Of a stretch of 64,000 nt of DNA, positions 53,739 to 62,308 are shown piece after piece (position 1 is the stretch's first letter; the number at the start of each line of letters is the position of its first letter). Origin of the DNA: Actinomycetales bacterium (GTDB lineage: Bacteria > Actinomycetota > Actinomycetes > S36-B12). The translations under genes and the position numbers were made by a program. The notes beneath the pieces were generated by a model. The model worked only from the letters and a program-made list of their open reading frames with translations, was not told the origin of the DNA and ran no database searches. The DNA is taken from NCBI GenBank assembly GCA_016125355.1, contig WGLX01000006.1, forward strand, positions 109,047 through 173,046, given 5' to 3'.

Positions 53739-54772
53739 CTAGGTGGCCATCTCGCCGAGGACTTCCCGGCAGGCCTCCACCGCGTCCTTCAGACCTGCGG
53801 CATCCAGGCCGATGACGTGGGTCAGGGGGCTGCTCCCGCGCACCATGACGGCCAGCCGTTCGCGCGCAGCGGCTACGGCAGCGCTCTGGACGGAATCGAG
53901 GGGGAAGGCCTCATCCACCGCGGCGGCGACATCCGCGCGCAGAGCGAAGGCGGCTCGCGACCACTCCCGAGCCGGTGCCGAGAAGGCGATCTCCGAGATC
54001 TCGCGGATGTGGCGGGAGCGCTTGGGACCCCACCCCCGTTCGCGGCGCCACTGCTGCCAGGCGAGCACCCATGCGGCCGGGACGCGCCGGTTGGCCTGCG
54101 GCAGGAGGGGCGGGGCCAGCACCCCGTCGAGATCGAGTGCGCGCAGGATGCGCTCGTCCATGCTGCCCGCCTCGACGCTACCCATGCGGACCTCTCGGCG
54201 GTCCCGCACCGAGGACCAGGCCGACCGCAGCCAGCCGGCGTCCAGCCAGAGCGAGTCTCCGCGCGTGGCGTCGGGATGCAGGAGCACCCACAGCCGGAGC
54301 CGGACCCACGTCTCGAAGGCGGCAGGGGGTCGGCAAGCGCCGCTTGGGAGTAGTCCGACGGGAGGTGCTCGGAGACCCGGCGAAGGACCATCAACACCGC
54401 CGCATCGTCAGGTCGTCCGTCCGTGAGCGAGTCGATCGCGGAGGCGGCCAGGCCGGGCCCCAGCCCCGACAGCAGCTCGGAGGAGATGATCACGCGATCT
54501 GCCGATGTCACGGCAGCGAGCAGCTCCCGCCAGGCCCCGGGCTCCCCGCGACGCTCCCGCGTGGGGTCGGCCGCTGACGTGCGCGTCGGGGCTGGCGTCG
54601 CGCCCGACTCGACGATGAAGTCGGCCACGGCGGCGTTGTGGTCGGGGCGCCCACGGATGATCGGGTAGACGATGCCTGCCTCGCCGAGCTGATCCGCCGC
54701 CTGCGCGAGCGCCTGCTGGAGGGAGGTGCTCATGGCCTTCGGCTGGCCCACGTGCACGACGATGCGCGGCAC
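53739..54772 (-). pseudogene. sulfotransferase-like gene interrupted by a frameshift (or a sequencing error)
   Basis: Track ORFs 53873..54772 and 53739..54287 lie in different frames. The N-terminus (VPRIVVHVGQPKAMSTSLQQAL, P-loop-like) reads sensibly up to ...HLPSDYSQAALADP and then turns into R/S/P/C-rich nonsense. Meaningful sequence resumes in the other frame (FETWVRLRLWVLLHPDATRGDSLWLDAGWL...). A G5/C5 run lies at 54325-54329. Confidence 0.5.
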
Positions 54773-54846
54773 CCGTCACCTCTCCTTCCCTGCCACAGTC
54801 GCCCAGCGCCCGCCGCTTCGGCCGGCGCCAGCACTAGCCTGACGAC

Positions 54847-55641
54847 GTGCCGCCGACCCTGCTTCCCGGCCCCGGCCATGGATCGGTGGAGCACTTCTAC
54901 CACTTCCTCATCGGCTACTTCGCGCCCGTGGCCTGCTGGCTGGCGGATCACCATGAGCCCGAGGTGATCGTCCGCGAGTGCGGTCCGCTGTCGCCCTGGT
55001 TCTCGCTGCTCGAGCCGCTCGCCACGGTCACCGTCCGCTCGGTCGAGGAGGTCGATCGGGCGGACGACCCGGTGGTGCTGCCGCGGACCGACCGGGCCTC
55101 CGAGTTCCCCGGCGCGGTGGTCCAGCGCTTCGCCCGCCTCGTGCTCGACGTTCGTCACCAGCGTTCCGCTGGGGGGCCGGGCGCGTCCGAGCCTCAGATC
55201 ACCGTGGTGGATCGCGGCGCGCCGGATCCGTTCTATGCGTCGGGCGCTGCAGAGATCGCGACGGCGGCGGCGGAACGGCGCTCGATCCCGAACATCGTCG
55301 ACGTCGCTGAGCCGCTCAAGGAGCTCGGCACCCTCGATGTCGTCGACTTCGGGGCGCTGCCCCCGACTGACCAGGTCGACCTCGCCGCACGCACGACAGT
55401 GCTGGTCGGCCAGCACGGTGCAGGCCTGGCGAACATGGTCTGGATGCCGGCGGGGAGCGCGGTCATCGAGATCCTCCCGCCCGTCGGGACCCGCAGCATC
55501 CCGCTGTTCCGGGCCCTGAGCCTTGCCCTGGGTCTCGAGCATCGCGCCGTGCTCCAGGCCGGACCCCATGCCCCGGTAGACCCCGCCCGGGTGCGCTCCG
55601 CGGTCGAGGATGCGCTCCCCGTCATCGGATCGACGGGCTAG
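54847..55641 (+). CDS. GT61/DUF563-like glycosyltransferase
   Basis: 264 aa from a GTG start. HFYHFLIGYF ... TTVLVGQHGAGLANMVWMPAGSAVIEI matches the DUF563 signature. Confidence 0.6.
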   Translation: MPPTLLPGPGHGSVEHFYHFLIGYFAPVACWLADHHEPEVIVRECGPLSPWFSLLEPLATVTVRSVEEVDRADDPVVLPRTDRASEFPGAVVQRFARLVLDVRHQRSAGGPGASEPQITVVDRGAPDPFYASGAAEIATAAAERRSIPNIVDVAEPLKELGTLDVVDFGALPPTDQVDLAARTTVLVGQHGAGLANMVWMPAGSAVIEILPPVGTRSIPLFRALSLALGLEHRAVLQAGPHAPVDPARVRSAVEDALPVIGSTG

Positions 55642-56276
55642 CGCCGGGTGGCGGTGACGTCGAACGACTCCGAGGGCCCGCGGTCGAGGCCGTTGACGGG
55701 GCTGTAGAACCACCGGTTCGACGTCCCGATGCAGGGGAGCTCGGCGGCCGTGGGCGAGCCCGTGCAGGTGAAGGACCACGGGTCCTCGAACGTGTAGCCG
55801 TCCTCCATGGTGAGGGTGCGGGCGAACGCGAGGGTGAGCGTGGTGCCGGACCACGCGTACGTCCCGGTCGCCGTGGCATCCTCGACGACCGTCAGCGGTC
55901 CGGTGGCGGCATCCCCCACCTCGATGGTGTACATCGCCGTGCCCCCCGAGGACAGCTGCCAGAGCACGGTTCCATCGCCCTGCGTCGCGGCCGTCTCCGG
56001 GGCGGAGGGATCGTTCAAGTTCGCGAAGAGGTCTTCCTCCGCGACGGCGTCCGGGGCTCCCGTCTCGCGGTCACGCACGCCACCGATCAGCCCGAACAGC
56101 CACCCGAACGCTGCGAAGAGGAGGAACAGGACCACGAAGGCGGCCGCGAGGATGAGCCAGCGCGCACGTCGCGGTGACCGACGCGCCCGGGTCGTCCCGT
56201 GTCGTGCGCTCCGGCCCAGCCACGCCTTCAGCGTAGAAGCGCGGGGACGGGGAGTCCTGCCGCGCGTGCCGCGCAT
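55638..56276 (-). CDS. membrane-anchored hypothetical protein
   Basis: 212 aa: an Arg-rich N-terminus, one TM (WLILAAAFVVLFLLFAAFGWLFGLIGG) and an extracytoplasmic domain with 2 Cys. Confidence 0.55.
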   Translation of the reverse strand: MRGTRGRTPRPRASTLKAWLGRSARHGTTRARRSPRRARWLILAAAFVVLFLLFAAFGWLFGLIGGVRDRETGAPDAVAEEDLFANLNDPSAPETAATQGDGTVLWQLSSGGTAMYTIEVGDAATGPLTVVEDATATGTYAWSGTTLTLAFARTLTMEDGYTFEDPWSFTCTGSPTAAELPCIGTSNRWFYSPVNGLDRGPSESFDVTATRR

Positions 56277-56338
56277 CCCGCGCCAGCGGTGGCTAGCGTG
56301 GCGGTGGAGCCGCGGTGTCGCGGCAGTTGGGGGTGGAG

Positions 56339-56785
56339 ATGAAGCGCATCATCGCCATGGCCGGGGCACTGGCCGTCGTCGCCGGGGGGATCGCCGGCTG
56401 CTCGAGCAGCTCGAGCTCGTCTGAGGCCGCCGCCAGCCCGGCCGCGTCGCCCGCGGAGTCGATGGTCGGCGGCATGGCCGCCTGCGACGAGGCCGCGTTC
56501 ACGAAGGCCGTCGAGGACCAGCTGGCCGCGGAGGGCAGTGGGGAGAAGCTGTTCTCCATCGACTCGTTCCAGTGCAAGGACGGCTGGGCGGTGGTATTCC
56601 CGACCGTCGGGGCGTCGGAGGAGAACGCGTACACGATCACGTCCGTCCTCCAGGCGGAGGGCCAGTTCTGGGTCCCGCAGGACCGCATGAAGGTCTGCGG
56701 CACGCAGGACGGCTCGTCGACGGCGCGGCCGAGCGATGCGCAGGTGCCCGAGTCGATCTACCAGCCGGCCTGCAACACCAACTGA
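56339..56785 (+). CDS. lipoprotein (unknown function)
   Basis: ORF 56315..56785 trimmed to the ATG at 56339, which follows GGGGGTGGAG. Signal peptide and lipobox MKRIIAMAGALAVVAGGIAG|CSSSSSSS. Four further Cys. Confidence 0.7.
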   Translation: MKRIIAMAGALAVVAGGIAGCSSSSSSSEAAASPAASPAESMVGGMAACDEAAFTKAVEDQLAAEGSGEKLFSIDSFQCKDGWAVVFPTVGASEENAYTITSVLQAEGQFWVPQDRMKVCGTQDGSSTARPSDAQVPESIYQPACNTN

Positions 56786-56865
56786 CCCGAGGCCTGTCGT
56801 TTCCATACGCCGGCGTCACACAACTGGCCGCGTGTGACGCCGACGCACGGAACTGAGCACATGGG

Positions 56866-57534
56866 CTAGAGGGTGACGGTGCAGGTCTCGCCGTTGTACG
56901 TGGCCGTGAACACCAGGTCGCCTCCGCCGGTGTTGGCGATCCAGGTGCGGAACTTGACCTCTCCGACGTGGTTGCTCGAGCTCGACGAGGACGACGATGA
57001 ACTGTCGTCGTTCGAGTCATCGTGCGAACTGTCGTGCGAGTCCTCCATGCCGTTCGAGTCGTCGTCGAACGCGTCGTGGTTCGGGCCGTCGTCGGCGGAG
57101 TCGTCCATCCCGGACGAGTCGTCCATCCCGGTGACTCGGTCGTCGGTCGAGTCGTGGTCCGGGCCGTCGTCCTCGCCGCGATCGCGGAAGGCAATCCGGG
57201 CGACGCTGGTGGATGTGCTCGACGAGTCGGAGGAACTGTCGTCCGACGCCACCGTCGCCTTGGTGTCCTCCGTGAGCAGCGTCTGGGTGCCGCCATCGTC
57301 ACGGACGAGACGGAAGTCCCACGTCTGGCCGACGCCATCGGTCTTGACCCAGAAATCGGTGCGCAGCTGTGCCTTCTTGTTCTTGACCTTGACGGTCCAC
57401 GTGGACGTCGACGGGGCGTCGCAGGCGCCGCTCATCCTGATCTGATCGTTCTTCGCCTGTGCGGCTGGGGCGCCGAGGACGATCCCAGCGAGCGCGAGGC
57501 TCGAGGCTGATGCGAGGGCGAGTGCCTTCTTCAT
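56866..57534 (-). CDS. secreted protein, paralogue of 57649..58020 carrying a ~100-aa Asp/Ser-rich insertion
   Basis: ORF 56866..57636 trimmed to the ATG at 57534. Signal peptide MKKALALASASSLALAGIVLGAPAAQA. It shares QLRTDFWV...WDF.L.R.DGG...FRTW...GG.LVF.AT.NGETCTVTL with its neighbour. Confidence 0.75.
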   Translation of the reverse strand: MKKALALASASSLALAGIVLGAPAAQAKNDQIRMSGACDAPSTSTWTVKVKNKKAQLRTDFWVKTDGVGQTWDFRLVRDDGGTQTLLTEDTKATVASDDSSSDSSSTSTSVARIAFRDRGEDDGPDHDSTDDRVTGMDDSSGMDDSADDGPNHDAFDDDSNGMEDSHDSSHDDSNDDSSSSSSSSSSNHVGEVKFRTWIANTGGGDLVFTATYNGETCTVTL

Positions 57535-57648
57535 GAGTGCTCCTTGGTCTGGCCTGGGTGGTGGAACCACCCTCGCGACCCCGGGGTAAAACCCACCACC
57601 CCGGTAGGTAAGGGCCCGGTAAGGGAGATCTGACATGGTCAGGGAGCA

Positions 57649-58020
57649 CTACAGGGTGACCGTGCAGGTCTCCCCGTTGTGGGTGGCCCGGAAGACGAGG
57701 CCGCCGACGTCGGTCGACGACACCCACGTGCGGAACCGCACCTGCGCCGCATCGTCCGCCTGCACCGTCGCGCCGAGCTGCTCGGCCAGCACCGTCTCCT
57801 GCCCGCCGTCGACGCGCAGCAGCGTGAAGTCCCACACCTGCCCCTCCGCCGCCGTCGTGACCCAGAAGTCGGTGCGCAGCTGCGAGTCCTTCGGCGTGAC
57901 CTTGACGCCCCACGCCGACGCGGACTCCGCATCGGTGCTGGCGTCGGCCGCGGGCGCACCGGCCAGCAGGCTGGCGACGGCGAGTCCGGATGCGGTCGTG
58001 AGCGCGAGGGTCTTCTTCAT
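57649..58020 (-). CDS. small secreted protein (unknown family)
   Basis: 123 aa. Signal peptide MKKTLALTTASGLAVASLLAGAPAADA. It is the compact paralogue of 56866..57534. Confidence 0.75.
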   Translation of the reverse strand: MKKTLALTTASGLAVASLLAGAPAADASTDAESASAWGVKVTPKDSQLRTDFWVTTAAEGQVWDFTLLRVDGGQETVLAEQLGATVQADDAAQVRFRTWVSSTDVGGLVFRATHNGETCTVTL

Positions 58021-58100
58021 GCCCCCAGCCTTTCCAGCCGGGATTCGGGGCGCACCCGCGCGCGGTAAGGGTCAGGTAATTCCGAGGCCCGGAGAAATCT

Positions 58101-58142
58101 GAGGGTGGTGGTCCCGGCTAGGGGTCCGGGGCCACCACCCTC
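58101..58142. terminator. stem-loop in the 58021-58285 intergenic region (terminator candidate for 58286..58627)
   Basis: GAGGGTGGTGG-N20-CCACCACCCTC, an 11-bp perfect stem whose loop has its own small CCGG-containing dyad. Confidence 0.35.
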
Positions 58143-58285
58143 AGCGCTGGCGGGAAGGGGGAATTCCACCAGCTGTCGCAGTCCGCGCGTCAGGGATTCG
58201 CGCTGACGGAGTCACCTTGGCCCAGATGGGGGAAAGTCCGCATCCCAATAAGGCAAAGGTCAGGTAAGGAGCGACGTGTGACCGG

Positions 58286-58627
58286 TCAACCGGACGCCGT
58301 CGGCGACGGCGAGACCGACGCCGCCTCCTCCCCCACCGCCGTGACCTGCCATCGGATGTCGCCCTCGGCGTCGGTCTGGGTCACGGTCACCGTCGCCTGG
58401 AACCCGTCGGCCGACGACAGCTCGCAGGTGAAGATGCCGCCCGCCTCCGCGGGGATGTCGGCCGGGCAGGTGGCTGTGTAGTCGCGCTTGGGGAACTGCG
58501 CCTTGAGCCCGGCGACGATCGCCGACTCCACCTCGTCCGAGCGCAGCGTGGCCGTCGACGAGCAGCCCGCCAACAGGCCGCTCACCAGCAGCAGCACGGC
58601 GACGACGGCACCTCCCCCAGCTCTCAC
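58286..58627 (-). CDS. DUF4333-like lipoprotein
   Basis: 113 aa. Lipobox LLVSGLLAG|CSS. SDEVESAIVAGLKAQFPKRDYTATCPADIPAEAGGIFTCEL matches the DUF4333 pattern. Confidence 0.7.
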   Translation of the reverse strand: MRAGGGAVVAVLLLVSGLLAGCSSTATLRSDEVESAIVAGLKAQFPKRDYTATCPADIPAEAGGIFTCELSSADGFQATVTVTQTDAEGDIRWQVTAVGEEAASVSPSPTASG

Positions 58628-58688
58628 CCGGCCAGTCTTCGTCGGCGCCGGGCGTAGGGCAAGGAGCCCCGCCGTCTACGGTTACGAC

Positions 58689-59264
58689 GTGAAGCGCCTT
58701 CCCCTCGCTGCCGCGTCGCTGCTGAGCGCCGCCGCCCTCATGTCCCTGTCCGCCTGCAGCTCGTCCAACTCGAGCTCGTCCAGCTCGAGCTCGGCCGACA
58801 CCCCCGCCGCCAGCGCCCCCGCTGCCAGTGCCCCCGCCGGCGATCCCTCCGCCTCCGCGTACGCCACTGCCATCACCAGCACCCTGCAGTGGTGCACCGA
58901 CTACCTGGCCATCACGGACGCCATCTCGGCGGCGAGCGTGGACCAGTCCGGCGCGCAGACCGCGATGGTCGCGCTGTCCAACTTCGACAAGCTGTGGACG
59001 TCGGCGGCCGACCTGGGCTTGCTGACCACAGACGAGGCCGACGCCAACCGCCGCGCCGTCGACCAGTACCTGGTGGTCACCAGGCTGATCGCCGAGGGCA
59101 AGGCCATCGACTCCCAGGAGGTCAAGGACGCCCAGCAGGCCCTGGTCACCACGACGAACGCGGACCAGGCCCTGCTGGACTCCTCGGTGGGCAAGGTGAG
59201 CGCAGCGTGCGCGCCCCTGTTCGCTCAGCGCCAGTCAGGCGCGCCGAGCCCCGCAGCGTCCTAG
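58689..59264 (+). CDS. lipoprotein (unknown function)
   Basis: ORF 58488..59264 trimmed to the GTG at 58689. VKRLPLAAASLLSAAALMSLSA|CSSSNSSSSSSSS is followed by a helical domain. Confidence 0.65.
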   Translation: MKRLPLAAASLLSAAALMSLSACSSSNSSSSSSSSADTPAASAPAASAPAGDPSASAYATAITSTLQWCTDYLAITDAISAASVDQSGAQTAMVALSNFDKLWTSAADLGLLTTDEADANRRAVDQYLVVTRLIAEGKAIDSQEVKDAQQALVTTTNADQALLDSSVGKVSAACAPLFAQRQSGAPSPAAS

Positions 59265-60784
59265 CGGACGACCTTGTACTTGTAGATCTTCTTGTAGCGC
59301 AGCCACTGGCCGGCGACCGGCGGCGAGTATGCGCGGACGCGGCACCAGCCAAGCCGCTTGGTGCGCAGGTAGGTGCTGCCGTCCGACGCGTTGATGATCG
59401 CGCAGCGCCAGCGGCCCTTCAGCACGCGCCACGTGACCGTGTTGCCGGACGTGGACTTCGTCCCGGGGTTGGCGAGCCGGTAGGTGCGGTACCTCTTCAG
59501 GTGCGACTTGGTGGTCGGCGCCACGACGGCCGCCGTCTGCCTGCCACGAGCCAGCACGATGGTGTTGACCTGCCGGTCGGCCTGGTACTGGGCCGTGGCC
59601 GGGGAGGTCGAGACCAGCGTGCAGGTGCCCGCGCCCGCGTTCGGCACGATGGTCGCGCCGTCGAGGTGGCAGGAGCCCGAGATCGCCAGATTGACCGGCG
59701 CCTTGGAGAGCGTCCCGCCGCCGAGCGGGATCGTCGACATGTAGCGCAGGGCGATGGTCTGCCCGTCCTTCCACGGCGTCTGGCCCACCGGCCCGATCGT
59801 CAGGGTGTTGACCGGCAGGTTCGCCGCGATGGTGATCTTCTGCGTGTCCGTGCCGAGCACCTTCGTGGACCCGGACGGGATGAAGGACGCGGTCAGGGTG
59901 ATGGCGCCACCGGCGGTCGGCTTCCACGCGAGCACGGCCTTGCCGTTCGAGACGCCCACCGCGCCGATGACGACGTTGTTGGCGCGGAAGGACACGGAGC
60001 CCTTCGAGCTCGACGGCGTGATGGCCGCGGTCAGGGTGATGGCCTTGCCGATCGCGTACGGGCCGGCGGAGAGGCTGAGCGCGATGACCGAGCCGCTCGT
60101 GGTGACCTGGATGGACTCCGTGCCGCTGGTGGAAGCCTTGGCGTTGTCGTCGCCGTTGTAGGTGGCCTTCACCTGGTAGTTCGTCGGGCTGGCAGGCATC
60201 TGCACGCTGAGCTTCGCGATGCCCTTGCTGTCGAGGTTCGCCGACGCCAGCACGGCGCCGTTGCTCAGCTGGAAGGTCACGGTGCCGGTCGGCACGTATG
60301 ACCCGTCCGAGGGCACGACCGTGGCCGTCAATGTCACCGCGGTGCTGATCTTGGCGGTGTTGGGAACAGCGAGGTCCGTCTTGGTGCTGACCTGCGCGAA
60401 CGTCACGGTCGTGACGGCGGACGTGGCGCTGATGGTGCCGTCGTCCGAGCGGAACTGCGCGAACATCGGCACGTCGCCGGCCTTCGTCGGTGTCCACTTC
60501 GCGGCCGCGACGGTGCCGACGTTGTCGACCGTCGCCGTGGCGATCTGCACGCCGTCCGCGTAGTAGGTGACGGTGCCGGTGGCGACGCCCGCCTCACCGC
60601 TGCTGACGCTCGAGCTGAGGTCCATGCTGACGCCGACCGTGCCGTTCTTCGGCGAGAACGTGACGGTGTAGGTGGCCGCCTGCGCGGGGAGTGCGCCCAC
60701 AAGCGTGGACATCAACACCGCCAGGGCAGCCAGGGCAACGGTCGCGAGCCGGGAGAGACGAGCAGGGGAAGACGTCGGATTCAT
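59261..60784 (-). CDS. secreted Ig-like domain repeat protein with a basic C-terminal domain
   Basis: 507 aa with the signal peptide ...LVGALPAQA. Repeated about 90-aa beta modules (GTVTYYADGVQIATATV..., GTVTFQLSNGAVLASANLDSKGIAKL..., GSVSFRANNVVIGAVGVSNGKAVL...). Confidence 0.75.
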   Translation of the reverse strand: MNPTSSPARLSRLATVALAALAVLMSTLVGALPAQAATYTVTFSPKNGTVGVSMDLSSSVSSGEAGVATGTVTYYADGVQIATATVDNVGTVAAAKWTPTKAGDVPMFAQFRSDDGTISATSAVTTVTFAQVSTKTDLAVPNTAKISTAVTLTATVVPSDGSYVPTGTVTFQLSNGAVLASANLDSKGIAKLSVQMPASPTNYQVKATYNGDDNAKASTSGTESIQVTTSGSVIALSLSAGPYAIGKAITLTAAITPSSSKGSVSFRANNVVIGAVGVSNGKAVLAWKPTAGGAITLTASFIPSGSTKVLGTDTQKITIAANLPVNTLTIGPVGQTPWKDGQTIALRYMSTIPLGGGTLSKAPVNLAISGSCHLDGATIVPNAGAGTCTLVSTSPATAQYQADRQVNTIVLARGRQTAAVVAPTTKSHLKRYRTYRLANPGTKSTSGNTVTWRVLKGRWRCAIINASDGSTYLRTKRLGWCRVRAYSPPVAGQWLRYKKIYKYKVVR

Positions 60785-60873
60785 GTAGTTACCTCCGTGC
60801 TCGACCGTACGTCAGCCCTTGCGCTGGTCTGTCCGGCCGACGCGCGAACCTTGGGGATCGACTACAGAGCCGG

Positions 60874-60900
60874 GACATTTCTGCGACATTTCTGCGACAT
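60874..60900. repeat. 11-bp tandem direct repeat (2.5 copies) upstream of 60982..61623
   Basis: GACATTTCTGC GACATTTCTGC GACAT, relatively AT-rich. It lies 82 nt before the ATG at 60982, in the divergent region shared with 59261..60784. Confidence 0.6.
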
Positions 60901-60981
60901 CAGAGCGCGTCGCCCGAGGGTGTCCCACCTGCCAACTTCCGGCAGCAACCGGCGGGGAGACTGCCGGATCAGGGAACGGGG

Positions 60982-61623
60982 ATGCGCATGCAGACGAGAC
61001 GTTGGGTCGCGGCCGCCGCGACGGCAGGGCTAGTGGTGGGGCTGGCCGTCGCCGGATCGGCCTCGGCGTCGGCCGACATCCTGATGGGGAACGTGGTCGA
61101 CGAGTTCAGCACCGACTACGGCAGTGGCTACCCCCTCGACAACTGCACCTGGGAAACCTTCGGGGACGGCCCCTTGGGCAATGCGGTCACCTACACCGCC
61201 CCATCGTCAGGCAACGTCACCTTCGCCCTGACGGCGCAGTCGTGGGACAACGGCTCCGTCGTGGCGGTCTTCGACACCTCCTACGCGCAGGCCAACTGCA
61301 TCACCTCGACGCTGGCCCTCGCGCCCAGCCTGCCGTCCGTCACCCTGCCCGTGACCGCGGGGCACGACTACGTCGTCCTGGTCTGGGGGTGCAGCGGGTC
61401 GTGCGCTGCCGCCACCGACAACTACGGCACCTACACGCTCGAGGCCACGGGCTTGGCCACGGGCGGCTCCCCCATGGACCTCACGCCGTGGCTGAAGGCC
61501 TATGCCCGCGGCGGCCAGGACGTGACGTGCGAGGACGGCTGGTCGCCGTCGTGGGCGCAGTGGCCCAACGACGGACAGGGCGGTTGGGTCTGCGAGAAGT
61601 CCGAGCGCGCCTACCTGTCGTAG
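60982..61623 (+). CDS. secreted Cys-containing protein (unknown)
   Basis: ORF 60691..61623 trimmed to the ATG at 60982. MRMQTRRWVAAAATAGLVVGLAVAGSASASA is a Tat/Sec-like signal. The mature part has 6 Cys. Confidence 0.65.
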   Translation: MRMQTRRWVAAAATAGLVVGLAVAGSASASADILMGNVVDEFSTDYGSGYPLDNCTWETFGDGPLGNAVTYTAPSSGNVTFALTAQSWDNGSVVAVFDTSYAQANCITSTLALAPSLPSVTLPVTAGHDYVVLVWGCSGSCAAATDNYGTYTLEATGLATGGSPMDLTPWLKAYARGGQDVTCEDGWSPSWAQWPNDGQGGWVCEKSERAYLS

Positions 61624-61651
61624 CGACCCGAGACCACCTCGCAGGCGGGCG

Positions 61652-61959
61652 TCAGGCGTCGGCGGGGTTCACCCAGGTGAGTTCGCGGAAGCGGGCGACG
61701 CCGCGGTCGAAGGACACCCACGTGGCGCCCAGGTCGAGCGCGGCTGGTACTGATCGGCCAGCACGCCCGACGGCTCGGCCGGGGCGGTGAAGATGCGGCG
61801 GTCGGTCATCACGCGCAGCAGTCCGGACACGACCTCCGGGAGCAGGAGGGTCAACTCCGAGGCGGAGCGCTGCCGTTCGAGGAGGTCACGGGCCTGCTCA
61901 TGACGACGCGAGGAGGCGTCGAGGCCGTAGACGAGGACGTTGACGTCAACGCAGAGCAT
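61652..61959 (-). pseudogene. vapC: decayed PIN-domain toxin gene (vapC remnant)
   Basis: The N-terminal frame reads MLCVDVNVLVYGLDASSRRHEQARDLLE...RIFTAPAEPSGVLADQ (PIN start). The typical C-terminus AALDLGATWVSFDRGVARFRELTWVNPADA* is in another frame and ends at 61652. The total length is about 40 aa short of a normal PIN domain. Confidence 0.55.
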
Positions 61960-62179
61960 CGACCGGCCGGCCCTCGTCGAGGACCTCGTACACCGCGGAC
62001 ATGTCGTCGAGGTCGATGCCGGGTCGCGTCCCCCCGGTGGAGATGGTCGGCAGGGCCGCCAGCGACGCCGCCCCGGTCGCGACGCTGCGCAACAGGTGCG
62101 CGCGCAGGGCCTCCTCGATCACCGAGCCCACGGATGCGCCGGTCTCGGCAGCCCGCACCTTGGCGCGCGCGTCGTGCAC
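61946..62179 (-). CDS. vapB: VapB-like antitoxin (possibly N-terminally damaged)
   Basis: 77 aa from a GTG start. DARAKVRAAETGASVGSVIEEALRAHLL is RHH/antitoxin-like. It overlaps the vapC start by 14 nt. Confidence 0.45.
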   Translation of the reverse strand: MHDARAKVRAAETGASVGSVIEEALRAHLLRSVATGAASLAALPTISTGGTRPGIDLDDMSAVYEVLDEGRPVDALR

Positions 62180-62308
62180 ACGCCTCTGCCGCCACCACCA
62201 TCACGCCCGAGCGCACCGACCCGGTGACCTTCAGCGGACCGATCGGCGCGGAGAACGAGGTTGACATCCGGACCGGCTTCACCAGCAGGCCAGGCCCATC
62301 CGCTGGCG

